Shown in pieces: positions 28,701 through 38,491 of a stretch of 64,000 nt of DNA. The position numbers and the translations under genes were made by a program. The notes under the pieces are model-generated. The model ran no database searches and was not told the origin of the DNA. It worked only from the letters and a program-made list of their open reading frames with translations. Location of the stretch: the NCBI GenBank assembly GCA_965216125.1, contig OZ244152.1:2755035-2819034 (forward strand), in the 5' to 3' direction. How positions within the stretch are numbered: the stretch's first letter is position 1; every line of letters begins with the position of its first letter. The DNA comes from Candidatus Multivorans sp. (GTDB lineage: Bacteria; Acidobacteriota; Thermoanaerobaculia; Multivoradales; Multivoraceae).

Positions 28701-31700
28701 GCGGCAGCCAGCGTCTCGGGATGGCGGTATGTCGGGGGTCTTGCGGGTTACGCCAGCGGGACCGTTACCGGCAGCTACGCCATCGGGTCCGTGTCGGGCG
28801 CCAGTTCCGTGGGAGGTTTGGTGGGTTACGGCCATTTGGTGCATGTCAACAACAGCTACGCTGCCGTGTTGGTGTCGGGCGACTCCGCGGTCGGCGGCCT
28901 CATGGGATCGATCTACGCGGGTCCTTCCGGGGATTTCTACCCACGGAGCAGCATCGCGAGGTGCTATGCGGCCGGCTTCGTATCAAGCGCGGGGATGAGC
29001 GGAGGTTTGATTGGCGCCCTCGCTCCTGGACGGGCGCCCAGCGTGCAGGACAGCTACTGGGATGCCGATACGTCGGGGCGCGGCACTGGAACGTATGGCC
29101 TGAGCTTGACGACGGAAGAGTTGCAGGCGGCCAACCGCGGGCACAGTGGCTTCTTCTACTGGGCGGTCGGAGCTTGGCAGTTCGGTCCGGCGACGGCCTA
29201 CCCGGTGCTTTCCTTCGACCTGAACAGGAACGGCGCCTCCTCGTGGCGGGAGTTTGGCCATCAGTTGAGGGGCGGCCCGGCCCTCACGAAGGTCTTCGAT
29301 CAGACCGGACTCGAGCTGCGCTGGACGGCGGTGAACACGAGCCACTGGACTTCGCCGCCTGCAGTGACCTACAGCGTCTATCGCCATGATGGCTACACGG
29401 CCGAACTCCTTGCGGCGGACCAGACTGGCCTGGCCTACCGAGTCGCTTCTTGGGAGAGCGGCAGCGACTACACGTATCAAGTCGTGGCGTTGGTCGACGG
29501 TAGGGAAGCCGCGTGGAGTTCGATCGTCGATTCCAACGCGTCGGCGACGGGCTTTCCTGCTGTCACCGGCATGCCGCTGCAAGGGGGGACTCTGACCGCT
29601 TCGACGACCGGCATTGTTGACCTGAACGGCATGACCGGTGCGGCATTCACTTACCAGTGGTACTTCAGCGATGCCGGTGTGGACGTGGAGATTCCGGGAC
29701 AGACGGCGCCCGGGCTGCAGATCGGTCCGGCTGAGACCGGCAAGTCGGTCCGGGTGCGGGTGTCCTTCACCGATGACGCCGGTTACATCGAATCGATCCT
29801 CTCTCCCGTGGTGCAGACCGCTGCCCTGCTGTTGACGGCGAATCCACAGGAGGTCGTGGAAGCGTCGGGAACCGCGACCGTGACGGTGAGCACGGGTGGG
29901 GTCACCTGGGCGACACACCAGTTGATCTCTCTCGGCGAGACCCCGCTCGAGTCCGCGACTGAGGGTGAGGACTACCTGATCGGTTCGAGGACTCTGACGC
30001 TGCAGGCCGGTGGTCACTCGGTTTCGACGACGGTCACGGCCCTGGACGACCGGATTGACGAGGACGGAGAGATCGTCGGGCTGGTGGCCCGGCTGGGTGG
30101 TGCGGAGGCCTCCCAGTCCGTGACGATCGTCGACGATGACGAGCGGGGAGTCGTGGTCTCGGAGACGTCGCTTTCCGTGGATGAGGGGAGCTCCTCGGGT
30201 TACTCGGTCGTCCTGACCTCCGAGCCGACGGCGCAAGTGGTGGTGGAGGTGGAGTTGGACCGATCGGGCACCGGCGTGTCCCTCGACAGGACGACGCTCA
30301 CTTTCACGGAGAACGATTGGGATCTGCCGCAGGAGATCCAGGTCAGTGCGGCGACCGACTTGGACACGGAGGCGGACGCCGGGGTCACCGTTCGGCATCT
30401 GGCGAGTGGTGGTGACTACGATTCCGTGGCCGTGGCCGACCTGCGAGTCAGGGTCGTGGAGACGGATGCTAGCTCGGTATCGGTCGACGACGAGCGGGTG
30501 GGGGAAGGTGACGGCGTTGTCGAGTTCCACGTTGCCCTGAGCCTGGTCAGTAACGCGGATGTAACCGTCGACTACGCCACGTCGGACGGGTCCGGGCCGG
30601 ACGGAGCGGAGGCCGGTTCGGACTACACGGCATCGACTGGCACGATCACGTTCGTCGCGGGGTCGACGACGGGTCAGGTCATCCGGGTGGCCATCCTGGA
30701 CGACGCGGCGGACGAAGCCGAGGCTGAAGCCTTCAGGCTGACGCTGAGTAACGCGGTAGGCGCCTCCCTGGCCGGAGGCGGACAGACGTTGCAGGTAGTG
30801 GGCACGATCGTCGACGACGACGGTGCCGAGGTTTCCGTTTCCTTCGGGTCGGCGAACTACGAGGTCGCCGAGGGAGAGTCGGTGGACGTAGCCGTGATTC
30901 TGAACCGGGATCCCGAAAGGATCGTGACGATCCCGCTGATCAGGACTCATCACGGCGGCGCGACAGAGGGCGACTACTCGGGAGTCCCGACGAGTGTGGT
31001 CTTCGGCAGCGGCGTTACCTCGAGGGTCTTCGAGTTCACGGCCCTGGCGGACGACGACGACGATGACGGCGAGGCCATCGTGCTTCGCTTCGGGACGCTC
31101 CCTGTTGGGGTGAGCTGGGCCGGTGACACCACTCTCGCCATCCTGGACGATGACGTTGGCGGCGGCGGCGGAACCGGTGGCGGAACCGGTGGCGGCGGCG
31201 GGTCTCCGCCTCCGCCTGACCCCGATCCACCGCCGCCACCGCCACCCACGGTGTCGCTCGAGGCGGCGGAGGCTCTGGAGAGCGCTGGCGCGGTTGTGTT
31301 CGACGTCCGCCTGAGTGCGTCCAGCGGCGCCGCGGTGACGGTCGACTACGCGACGGCGGACGGCGCTGGCGCCGGCGGAGCGGAGGCAGGTTCGGACTAC
31401 ACGGCGACGCAGGGGACGCTGACCTTCCCCGCCGGTTCGTCAACGCGGCAGATTCGCGTCTTGGTGGCGGACGACGCGGCGGACGAAGGCGGTGCGGAGA
31501 CGTTCACGTTGACGCTCCGGAGTCCCCGGAACGCGTCGCTGGCCGGCGGCGGTTCGGTGCTGCGGGTGACGGGGACGATTCGCGACGACGACTCCGGTCC
31601 TCCCGTGGCGGCCTTCGCGGTGACGGGCGCGAGCTGCGCCGCCGACCTGTGCCGGACGGTAACCGGGGAAGCGGTGGGGTTCGTGGACACGAGCGCCGGG

Positions 31701-32300
31701 ACCGTGCGCTCGCGGCGCTGGGAGTTCGGTGACGGGAAGACGTCGCGGTCTCGCAGGCCGGAGTACGCCTGGTCGTCGCCGGGGTTCTACGAGGTCACGC
31801 TGAGGGTGAGCGACGGTGTGACCGAGTCCGTGGCGTCACGGAAGTTTCTGGTCGAGGCGAGCGATCCGGCGGGCTCCTGCGTGGCGGATGAGGAGACGCT
31901 CTGCCTGCAGGACTCGCGCTACGCGGTGACCGTGGCCTGGTGGACCGGTGCCGGCGAAAGTGGCGCCGGCAGCGTGGTCCACGCGGGAACGAACGACTCG
32001 GGTCTGTTCACGTTCTTCAGCCGTGAGAACTGGGAGGTCCTGATCAAGGTGCTGGACGGCTGCGCACTCAACGGTCATGTGTGGGTGTACGGCGCGTCGA
32101 CGACGGACCTGGGCTACACGATCCGGGTGGCCGACACGGTGACCGGGACCGTGAAGGAGTACCGGAACGAGCCGGGCTTGCCGGCGCCCGCGATCACGGA
32201 TGCGACGGCGTTCCCCGGCAGTTGTGACGGCGGTGCCGCGGTGTCGGCCGGCCTGGCGGCAGCGGATGCGGTCTCGAGCCCACGGCGAGCAGCTCGGTGA
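25716..32300 (+). CDS. Giant (2194 aa) secreted metzincin zinc protease with Calx-beta, Ig-like, GLUG-repeat and PKD domains and the shared C-terminal four-Cys domain (paralog 1)
   Basis: HEVGHMMGLMHD (HExxHxxGxxHD). Several Calx-beta-like modules (VTLTDND.., TIVDDD..). GLUG-type repeats (GNGHTISNL.., VGGLVGY). Gly-rich GGGGTGGGTGGGGGS and SPPPPDPDPPPPPPP linkers. One PKD (WEFGDG). C-terminal ASDPAGSCVADEETLCLQDSRYAV..NWEVLIKVLDGC. Confidence 0.8.
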   Translation: MSLESGADWRLNAVLTLGLTVLGGLISDSVRGQAPALFSAARPSQAEVAAQAVRDDDAVLRRRLAPVEPSTLAGVRALVLERSHPVAVTLNLFDDTVLTGIVERTALTFSGGYSVSGRLADEPFGSMTLVVNGGAVTGSVRTVGGTYAIRSTGGGLHSISEVDESQAPSECGVAEWTIGRAAAADPKDRRPSAKAPFAVRSEVDAALTTVDVLLAYTPRALADEGGFDAIVNRMELMIAETNEAYAASGVVQRLDVAAVVALAYKSPETTDDENLAATLDVDAIYAKREEVGADLIVLIASWPGSPIAGVAPGVTTVSARSDHLALAVVSVHRFGSLTFAHEVGHMMGLMHDRRAECRNGSCTAATFPYSYGYVNQGAFAEDAPVEARWRTILGISPTCINRGFYCTRLPFFSNPDLYFDGEPMGVPGEEMTDGRDGPADAVRSLNGTREIVAGYREFDLGALAFAVDSYAASEGGADAQVTLELEAALARRIVVQLLVTAADGARAADHSNVPATIVFEPGETEKTFTVSAVDDAFDDDGESISIAIGEIAGGGGQGSSSTTTVTLTDNDMVAGAPTVNAVSLLSDAGSDAAYALGDAIEAGVTFTKSVVVTGAPQLQLTIGGEQRQADFSSAAGELLTFAYTVASGDLDSGGISIAEDSLNLNGGTVKDSSDQNAVLDHGAILTQADHRVDGVAPELEEATVRLIRLTLTYDETLEEAPPPTPSSFSVLADGSSLVVTAVEVDGSTVRLMLDPWVRQGETVSLDYNPSGNVVRDIAGNQADALSGQAVTNTSPLVVYDLDLDGLIEIANLEQLNAVRYDLDGDGEPTASGATDYLAAFPDAGSVLECGSDGCEGYELMSDLDFDTNENGQIDVGDDYWDGGSGWTPLGSGPTDAFNATFEGNGHTISNLFIDSDAAYVGLFGYAGDSSLIEAVGLVKADVSTTSEVAGGAGILVGVTTSGVGFCFAEGSLSGHEGAGGLVGKVLPGGTIYVGYAAASVSGWRYVGGLAGYASGTVTGSYAIGSVSGASSVGGLVGYGHLVHVNNSYAAVLVSGDSAVGGLMGSIYAGPSGDFYPRSSIARCYAAGFVSSAGMSGGLIGALAPGRAPSVQDSYWDADTSGRGTGTYGLSLTTEELQAANRGHSGFFYWAVGAWQFGPATAYPVLSFDLNRNGASSWREFGHQLRGGPALTKVFDQTGLELRWTAVNTSHWTSPPAVTYSVYRHDGYTAELLAADQTGLAYRVASWESGSDYTYQVVALVDGREAAWSSIVDSNASATGFPAVTGMPLQGGTLTASTTGIVDLNGMTGAAFTYQWYFSDAGVDVEIPGQTAPGLQIGPAETGKSVRVRVSFTDDAGYIESILSPVVQTAALLLTANPQEVVEASGTATVTVSTGGVTWATHQLISLGETPLESATEGEDYLIGSRTLTLQAGGHSVSTTVTALDDRIDEDGEIVGLVARLGGAEASQSVTIVDDDERGVVVSETSLSVDEGSSSGYSVVLTSEPTAQVVVEVELDRSGTGVSLDRTTLTFTENDWDLPQEIQVSAATDLDTEADAGVTVRHLASGGDYDSVAVADLRVRVVETDASSVSVDDERVGEGDGVVEFHVALSLVSNADVTVDYATSDGSGPDGAEAGSDYTASTGTITFVAGSTTGQVIRVAILDDAADEAEAEAFRLTLSNAVGASLAGGGQTLQVVGTIVDDDGAEVSVSFGSANYEVAEGESVDVAVILNRDPERIVTIPLIRTHHGGATEGDYSGVPTSVVFGSGVTSRVFEFTALADDDDDDGEAIVLRFGTLPVGVSWAGDTTLAILDDDVGGGGGTGGGTGGGGGSPPPPDPDPPPPPPPTVSLEAAEALESAGAVVFDVRLSASSGAAVTVDYATADGAGAGGAEAGSDYTATQGTLTFPAGSSTRQIRVLVADDAADEGGAETFTLTLRSPRNASLAGGGSVLRVTGTIRDDDSGPPVAAFAVTGASCAADLCRTVTGEAVGFVDTSAGTVRSRRWEFGDGKTSRSRRPEYAWSSPGFYEVTLRVSDGVTESVASRKFLVEASDPAGSCVADEETLCLQDSRYAVTVAWWTGAGESGAGSVVHAGTNDSGLFTFFSRENWEVLIKVLDGCALNGHVWVYGASTTDLGYTIRVADTVTGTVKEYRNEPGLPAPAITDATAFPGSCDGGAAVSAGLAAADAVSSPRRAAR
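31201..32215 (+). repeat. Near-identical segment of about 1 kb (copy A) shared by the 3' ends of the two giant paralogs
   Basis: The DNA from SPPPPDPDPP.. through ..AITDATAF matches 37381..38395 with only scattered substitutions. The rest of the two genes is only about 50-60% identical at protein level. Confidence 0.8.
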
Positions 32301-35300
32301 CCGGCGAAGTGCCGGGTGGACAAGTGAGCGCACGGGGGAGTCGACGCTGGCGGGGACGTTCATGGTCGACGCGGTCCCTTGCCGCTTGCAAGTGGCCGGC
32401 CGTGGCGCTGGCGGTGTTGGTGGTTTCGCTTCCGGCTTTCGCCCGGGCGCAGGTGAGGCCCGAGGGCGAGGTTCTGGCCGGTGTGCCTGCGGATGCCGTC
32501 AGTCGCTCCGTACTCGATCCCGTATCTCTTTCGGTGATCGACGTGGCGGTGGTCTACACCCCGACCGCTCGGGACTTCAAGGGCGGGACCTCCGCGATCA
32601 AGGACGAGATCGACCTCATGGTCGCGGAGGTGAACGGCGCCTATGCGGCGAGCGGCGTGCACCAGCGCATCGTTCTCGTTGCGGCGCAGGAGGTGGCCTA
32701 CACGGAAGTCGGCCCGTTCGACATCGTGCGGCTCGAGCGGAAGACGGACGGCCACATGGACGGCGTGCATGCGATGCGCGACGAGGTCGAGGCCGATGCC
32801 GTCGTGCTTCTCGCAAAATGGGCGGAGAGCAGTGTGTCCGGCATCGCGCCGTTGATGTCCACTGTGTCGAACGACTTCGAGAAGCGGGCCTTTGCCGCCG
32901 TGAACATCGAGTCTTCGACCTTGACCATGGCCCACGAACTCGGACACATCATGGGCCTGCTTCACGATCGCTACCTGGAGTGCGACGCGAGTGCATGCGA
33001 TCCGGCGGCGTATCCGTACTCATACGGGTACGTGAACCAGGAGGCCTTTGAAGATGGCGCCCCGGAGTCGGCCCGTTGGCGGACGATCATGTCGTACGAC
33101 AACCAGTGCGGCGCCAACGGTGGGACCTGTACCCTGTTGGCCCGTTTCTCGAATCCGCATCAGCTCTACCCAGGCTATGGCGGCGATCCGCTCGGCGTGC
33201 CTGGCTCCGAGGTGACGAACGAGGTCGAGGGTCCGACGGATGCGGCAAGAAGCCTCAACCAGACGCGCGAGACGGTGGCAGGTTTCCGCCGCTTCGACGC
33301 CGCCTCGGTGTCGTTCGCCGCGGCGGACTACGAGGCAACAGAGGGCGGAGACGACGCTCTGGTGACCGTCAGACTGGACGTGGCGCCCGGCCGGCCGCTC
33401 TTCATTCCGCTGGTCGCCGTAGCCGCAGGCGGCGCCATGCAGGCCGACTATGCCGGCTTGCCGGAGATGGTGTCGTTCGCCGCGGGCGAGACCGAGCAGA
33501 CCTTCACTGTTCAGGCCGTGGACGACGCTGCCGACGATGACGGCGAGACGATCACGATCAGTCTGGGAGGCCAGGTGCCGGCAGGCAGCCCGGCTACGAC
33601 GACGGTGACGCTGGTTGACGACGATACGGTGCCTGGGGCGCCCCAGGTGCATGCGGTGACCATCGTGTCGAACCCTGGGCCGGACTCGACCTACGCGGAG
33701 GGCGAGACGATCGAAGTAGAGGTGGCGTTCACGAAGACCGTGACCGTCACGGGCACGCCCCGGATCGAGCTGACGGTGGGCGAAGAGGAGGAGTACGCGG
33801 AGTATGGGCGCGAAGCCGGAGAGGTCCTGACCTTCGCCTACGTCGTCTCCAGCGGCGACAGCGCAGCTTCCGGGATCAGCGTTGCCGGGGGAAGCCTGGA
33901 CCTGAACGGCGGGACGATCAAGGACGGCTCCGATCAGGACGCTGCCCTGAGCCATGGGGCGATTGCGATTCAGGCCGACCACAAGGTCGATGGGGTCGGG
34001 CCGACGTTGGAGAGCGCCTCCGTCGACATTGTGGAACTCACCCTCACCTACTCGGAAGATCTCGACTCGACCAGGTACTCGGGACCGGCGGGGTCGGCCT
34101 TCGAGGTGACGGCCGCTTCGTCTACCGTGACGGTGGGGGACGTGGACGTTCGCGGGCGGACGGTGGTGCTGAGGCTCGACCTGGCAGTCCTCAACGGGCA
34201 GACGGTTACCCTGAGTTACACGCCCGGGACATCGCCGCTGTCGGACGCTGTCGGGAATGCCGCGTCCGTCTTCTCTGGCGAGAACGTCACGAACGTCACG
34301 GTTCCCATCGTCTTCGATCAGGATCTCGACGGGCTGATCGAGATCAGCAGCCTGCAACAGCTCGATGCCGTGCGCTTCGATGCGGAGGGCGACGGTGCGC
34401 CGACAGCCTTGGGAGCTTCGGAGTATCTGGCCGCTTTCCCCGATGCGGGTACGCGCTTGGCCTGTGGCGGAAGGGGCTGCGGGGGGTACGAACTCAAGGC
34501 GGATCTGGACTTCGACACCAACGGCAACGGGCAGTTCGATGCCGGTGACGATTTCTGGAACGGCGGCGCCGGCTGGACCCCCGCGGCGGCCGCCCTCGAC
34601 GAGTGGTTCACGGCGACGTTCGACGGCAATGGCCACGCCATTCGCAACCTGACCATCGACTCGAGCTCCGAGTATGTGGGCCTGTTCGGTGTCGTTGGTC
34701 CGTCGAGTGCAATCCGGGACCTCGCGCTGACCGACGTCGACGTTTCTTCCTCAGGTCGCGGTGCAACCGGTGGGCTGGTCGGACACTCCAGGGCAGAAAT
34801 CACCCGCGTCTACGTAACCGGGTCGGTGGTGGGCGAGGACAATGTCGGCGGCCTCGTCGGAACGTTCGTTCGAGGCCAGGTGCAGGGCAGCTACGCGACC
34901 TGCATCGTTGCGGGCGGTGATCATGTTGGCGGCTTGGCCGGGTTCGCCTCGGGCAGGATCAGCGATAGCTATGCAGCCGGGTCGGTTTCTGGTGTGAACA
35001 GTGTCGGAGGCCTGGTTGGGAAGGCTCACGCCGCTTCCATCACCGCCAGCTACGCGATCGGGTTCGTGTCGGGTGAGACCGACGTTGGCGGTCTGGTCGG
35101 CGCCGGCTATTCCGGTCGGATCGAGAACAGCTACGCCACCGGCCGCGTTTCGGGCGTGCAGGGTGCCGGGGGGCTGCTCGGCGCGCGCTTCTTCGAGCGC
35201 GAGCCCGTCATCGCGGACAGCTACTGGGATGTCACGGCGTCGGGGCATCAGAGCGGCGACTATGGGGAGGGCCTGACGTCGACTGCGCTTAAGGCGCCCA

Positions 35301-38300
35301 CGACGAATAGCGGCGTCCTTGGAAACTGGACGGGCCAGTGGCGGTTCGGCGCCGCGACGGAGTACCCGGTTCTCGCGTTCGACCTGGATGGGAATGGCGA
35401 CGCCACCTGGGAGGAGTTCGGCTATCAGCTCCGCGCCGGTCCCGTTCTCACGAGGACGGTCCGGCCCGCCGAGGTGGAACTGAGTTGGACCGCGGTGGAC
35501 GCCAGCCATTGGAATCCCGTGCCGGACGTCAGCTACAACGTCTACCGTGACCACGGTGAGAGTGTCGAGCTGATCGCTACGGACCTGAGTGGTTTGTCGT
35601 ACCTCGACGACGCCCTGGTCGCCCGCGCCAGGCACAGCTACCAGGTGGCGGCGCTGGTGAACGGATACGAAGCTGCGCGTAGCGGGATCGTGGCGTCGAA
35701 CGCGCCATCCACAGGCGGTCCTGCCATCACCGGCACACCGCTGGTCGGAGAGACGCTGACCGCGTCGACGGCAGGCATCGACGACGGCAACGGTCTTCTC
35801 AATGCGTCTTTCTCCTTCCAGTGGCTGTACACGCAGGGCGGAGCTGAAGTGGCCATCTCAGGAGCGACGGGCGTCCAGTACGTGATCCAACCGGCGGATG
35901 TGGGCAGGACGTTGCAGGTCCGGGTGACGTTCACCGATGACTCCGGTTACGAAGGGGAGCTCGTGAGCCCGGGCGTGATGGCCGTGATGGTCACGGCAAC
36001 ACTCAGCGAGGCCGAAGTCGCGGAGACGGGAGGAACTACGTACGTGAGGCTGAGCACCGGCGGAGCGTCCCTGCCGAACGACTTGACGGTCGCTCTCCAG
36101 TTGGGCGGGACGGCGACCGAGGGCGAGGACTACCGGATCGACTCGCATAGCCTGACGCTCCTGGCGGGGACTTCCTGGACGACGACAACGATTACGGCCG
36201 AGGACGACAGGATCGACGACGACGGGGAGACAGTCCTGATCGTGGCGGTTCTTGGCGGCCGGCCTTTGGGGACGATCACGTTGACGATCGTTGACGACGA
36301 TCGGCGGGGAGTTGCGGTCTCGGACTCCGCCCTTTCGGTGCGCGAGGGAGGGTCGGCGAGCTACACGGTCGTTCTGAACTCCGAGCCGACGGCGGAGGTC
36401 GAGGTCACGGTGCGGCTGGATCGAACAGGAACCGATGTCTCCCTCGACAAGACGGCGCTGACCTTCGCGCCGGCCGATTGGAACGTTCCGCAGGAGATCC
36501 AAGTCAGCGCAGCGGGAGACTCGGACACGGCGACGGACGCTCCGGTCACTGTTCTCCACCGGGTGAGTGGCGGGGACTACGGCTCCCTGAACGTGCCGGA
36601 CCTGCGGGTGACCGTCGTGGAGACGGGCGCTCCCAACCTGTCGGTCGACGATCGGAGGGTGGCGGAGGGCGGTGGCGCGATCGTCTTCGACGTCACACTG
36701 AGCCTGGCGAGCAGTGAGGAAGTGACCGTCGACTACGCGACTTCGGACGGTTCGGGAGTGGATGCTTCCGTGGCGGGTTCGGACTACACGGCGACGGATG
36801 GCACGGTCATCTTCGCCGCTGGAACGACGGCGAGCCAGCCGATTCGCGTTGTGATTCTGGACGACACTGTGGACGAGGCCGAGGCCGAGACGTTCGTGCT
36901 GACTCTGAGCAACGCGGTCAACGCTACCTTGGCCGGCGGTGGGCAGGTGTTGCAGGTGACGGGAACGATCGATGATGACGATGTTCCGCGGGTCGTGGTG
37001 TCGTTTGGGTCGGAGAGCTATGAGGCCGTCGAAGGCGCATCGGTCGAGATCGAGGTGAATCTGGACAGGGATCCGGAACGATTGCTGACGATTCCGCTGG
37101 TCCAGGAGCGTCGTGGCGGGGCGGCGGAGGGCGACTACCTGGGAGTCCCTGCGAACGTGGTCTTCGGCAACGAGGTCACTTCGAGGACGTTCGAGTTCAC
37201 GGCCGTGGAGGACGCGGACGACGATGACGGCGAAGCCGTCGTGCTTCGTTTCGGATCGCTCCCGGACGCGGTCACGGCGGGTGGTGACACGATCTTGGCC
37301 ATCCTGGACAACGACGGCGGTAGCGGTGGCGGAACCGGTGGCGGCGGAACCGGTGGTGGCGGAACCGGTGGTGGCGGCGGGTCTCCGCCTCCGCCTGACC
37401 CCGATCCGCCCCCGCCGCCACCACCACCACCCACGGTTTCGCTCGCGGCGGCGGAGGCTCTGGAGAGCGCTGGCGCGGTGGTGTTCGATGTCCGCCTGAG
37501 TGCGTCCAGCGGCGCCGCGGTGACGGTCGACTACGTCACCGCGGACGGCGCTGGCGCCAGCGGAGCGAGAGCAGGTTCGGACTACACGGCGACGCAGGGC
37601 ACGCTGACCTTCCCCGCCGGTTCGTCAACGCGGCAGATTCGCGTCTTGGTGACGGACGACGCGGCGGACGAAGGCGATGCGGAGACGTTCACGTTGACGC
37701 TCAGCAGTCCGACGAACGCGTCGCTGGCCGGCGGCGGTTCGGTGCTGCGGGTGACGGGGACGATTCGCGACGACGACTCCGGTCCTCCCATGGCGGCCTT
37801 CGCGGTGACGGGCGCGAGCTGCGCCGCCGACCTGTGCCGGACGGTCACCGGGGAGGCGGTGGGGTTCGTGGACACGAGTGCCGGGACCGTGCGCTCGCGG
37901 CGCTGGGAGTTCGGTGACGGAACGGCGTCGCGGTCCCGGAGGCCGGAGCATTCCTGGTCGTCGCCGGGGTTCTACGAGGTCACGCTGAGGGTGAGCGACG
38001 GGACGACCGAGTCGACCGCGTCACGGAAGTTCCTGGTCGAGGCGAGCGATCCGGCTGGCTCCTGCGTGGCGGATGAAGAGACGCTCTGCCTGCAGGACTC
38101 GCGCTATGCGGTGACCGTGGCCTGGTGGACCGGTGCCGGCGAAAGTGGCGCCGGCAGCGTGGTCCACGCGGGAACGAACGACTCGGGTCTGTTCACGTTC
38201 TTCAGCCGTGAGAACTGGGAGGTCCTGATCAAGGTGCTGGACGGCTGCGCACTCAACGGGCATGTGTGGGTGTACGGCGCGTCGACGACGGACCTGGGCT

Positions 38301-38437
38301 ACTCGATCCGGGTGGCCGACACGGTGACCGGGACCGTGAAGGAGTACCGGAACGAGCCGGGCCTGCCGGCGCCCGCGATCACGGACGCGACCGCGTTTGC
38401 CGAGGGCTGCGCGTTGCAGGTCCGTACTTCACCGTAG
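32297..38437 (+). CDS. Giant (about 2040 aa) secreted metzincin/Calx-beta/GLUG/PKD protein with the C-terminal four-Cys domain (paralog 2; start codon uncertain)
   Basis: Overlaps the upstream stop (GTGA). Signal peptide WPAVALAVLVVSLPAFARAQ. HELGHIMGLLHD. Same domain order as paralog 1. The last 340 aa or so are nearly identical to paralog 1. Confidence 0.8.
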   Translation: MTGEVPGGQVSARGSRRWRGRSWSTRSLAACKWPAVALAVLVVSLPAFARAQVRPEGEVLAGVPADAVSRSVLDPVSLSVIDVAVVYTPTARDFKGGTSAIKDEIDLMVAEVNGAYAASGVHQRIVLVAAQEVAYTEVGPFDIVRLERKTDGHMDGVHAMRDEVEADAVVLLAKWAESSVSGIAPLMSTVSNDFEKRAFAAVNIESSTLTMAHELGHIMGLLHDRYLECDASACDPAAYPYSYGYVNQEAFEDGAPESARWRTIMSYDNQCGANGGTCTLLARFSNPHQLYPGYGGDPLGVPGSEVTNEVEGPTDAARSLNQTRETVAGFRRFDAASVSFAAADYEATEGGDDALVTVRLDVAPGRPLFIPLVAVAAGGAMQADYAGLPEMVSFAAGETEQTFTVQAVDDAADDDGETITISLGGQVPAGSPATTTVTLVDDDTVPGAPQVHAVTIVSNPGPDSTYAEGETIEVEVAFTKTVTVTGTPRIELTVGEEEEYAEYGREAGEVLTFAYVVSSGDSAASGISVAGGSLDLNGGTIKDGSDQDAALSHGAIAIQADHKVDGVGPTLESASVDIVELTLTYSEDLDSTRYSGPAGSAFEVTAASSTVTVGDVDVRGRTVVLRLDLAVLNGQTVTLSYTPGTSPLSDAVGNAASVFSGENVTNVTVPIVFDQDLDGLIEISSLQQLDAVRFDAEGDGAPTALGASEYLAAFPDAGTRLACGGRGCGGYELKADLDFDTNGNGQFDAGDDFWNGGAGWTPAAAALDEWFTATFDGNGHAIRNLTIDSSSEYVGLFGVVGPSSAIRDLALTDVDVSSSGRGATGGLVGHSRAEITRVYVTGSVVGEDNVGGLVGTFVRGQVQGSYATCIVAGGDHVGGLAGFASGRISDSYAAGSVSGVNSVGGLVGKAHAASITASYAIGFVSGETDVGGLVGAGYSGRIENSYATGRVSGVQGAGGLLGARFFEREPVIADSYWDVTASGHQSGDYGEGLTSTALKAPTTNSGVLGNWTGQWRFGAATEYPVLAFDLDGNGDATWEEFGYQLRAGPVLTRTVRPAEVELSWTAVDASHWNPVPDVSYNVYRDHGESVELIATDLSGLSYLDDALVARARHSYQVAALVNGYEAARSGIVASNAPSTGGPAITGTPLVGETLTASTAGIDDGNGLLNASFSFQWLYTQGGAEVAISGATGVQYVIQPADVGRTLQVRVTFTDDSGYEGELVSPGVMAVMVTATLSEAEVAETGGTTYVRLSTGGASLPNDLTVALQLGGTATEGEDYRIDSHSLTLLAGTSWTTTTITAEDDRIDDDGETVLIVAVLGGRPLGTITLTIVDDDRRGVAVSDSALSVREGGSASYTVVLNSEPTAEVEVTVRLDRTGTDVSLDKTALTFAPADWNVPQEIQVSAAGDSDTATDAPVTVLHRVSGGDYGSLNVPDLRVTVVETGAPNLSVDDRRVAEGGGAIVFDVTLSLASSEEVTVDYATSDGSGVDASVAGSDYTATDGTVIFAAGTTASQPIRVVILDDTVDEAEAETFVLTLSNAVNATLAGGGQVLQVTGTIDDDDVPRVVVSFGSESYEAVEGASVEIEVNLDRDPERLLTIPLVQERRGGAAEGDYLGVPANVVFGNEVTSRTFEFTAVEDADDDDGEAVVLRFGSLPDAVTAGGDTILAILDNDGGSGGGTGGGGTGGGGTGGGGGSPPPPDPDPPPPPPPPPTVSLAAAEALESAGAVVFDVRLSASSGAAVTVDYVTADGAGASGARAGSDYTATQGTLTFPAGSSTRQIRVLVTDDAADEGDAETFTLTLSSPTNASLAGGGSVLRVTGTIRDDDSGPPMAAFAVTGASCAADLCRTVTGEAVGFVDTSAGTVRSRRWEFGDGTASRSRRPEHSWSSPGFYEVTLRVSDGTTESTASRKFLVEASDPAGSCVADEETLCLQDSRYAVTVAWWTGAGESGAGSVVHAGTNDSGLFTFFSRENWEVLIKVLDGCALNGHVWVYGASTTDLGYSIRVADTVTGTVKEYRNEPGLPAPAITDATAFAEGCALQVRTSP
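37381..38395 (+). repeat. Near-identical segment of about 1 kb (copy B), counterpart of 31201..32215
   Basis: As above. It is preceded by three copies of GGAACCGGTGG(C/T)GGC, against two copies in paralog 1. Confidence 0.8.
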
Positions 38438-38491
38438 GGGTACCCGGTATCGCGGGCCTTACGGTCCGCTTCGAGTGGGAACGACGCTGGT

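Noticed and set aside
38438-38491. Possible sigma-54 (-24 GG / -12 GC) promoter in TGGGAACGACGCTGGTATGCT upstream of 38492
   Set aside because: The spacing between the GG and GC elements does not fit the TGGCAC-N5-TTGC consensus in any register.
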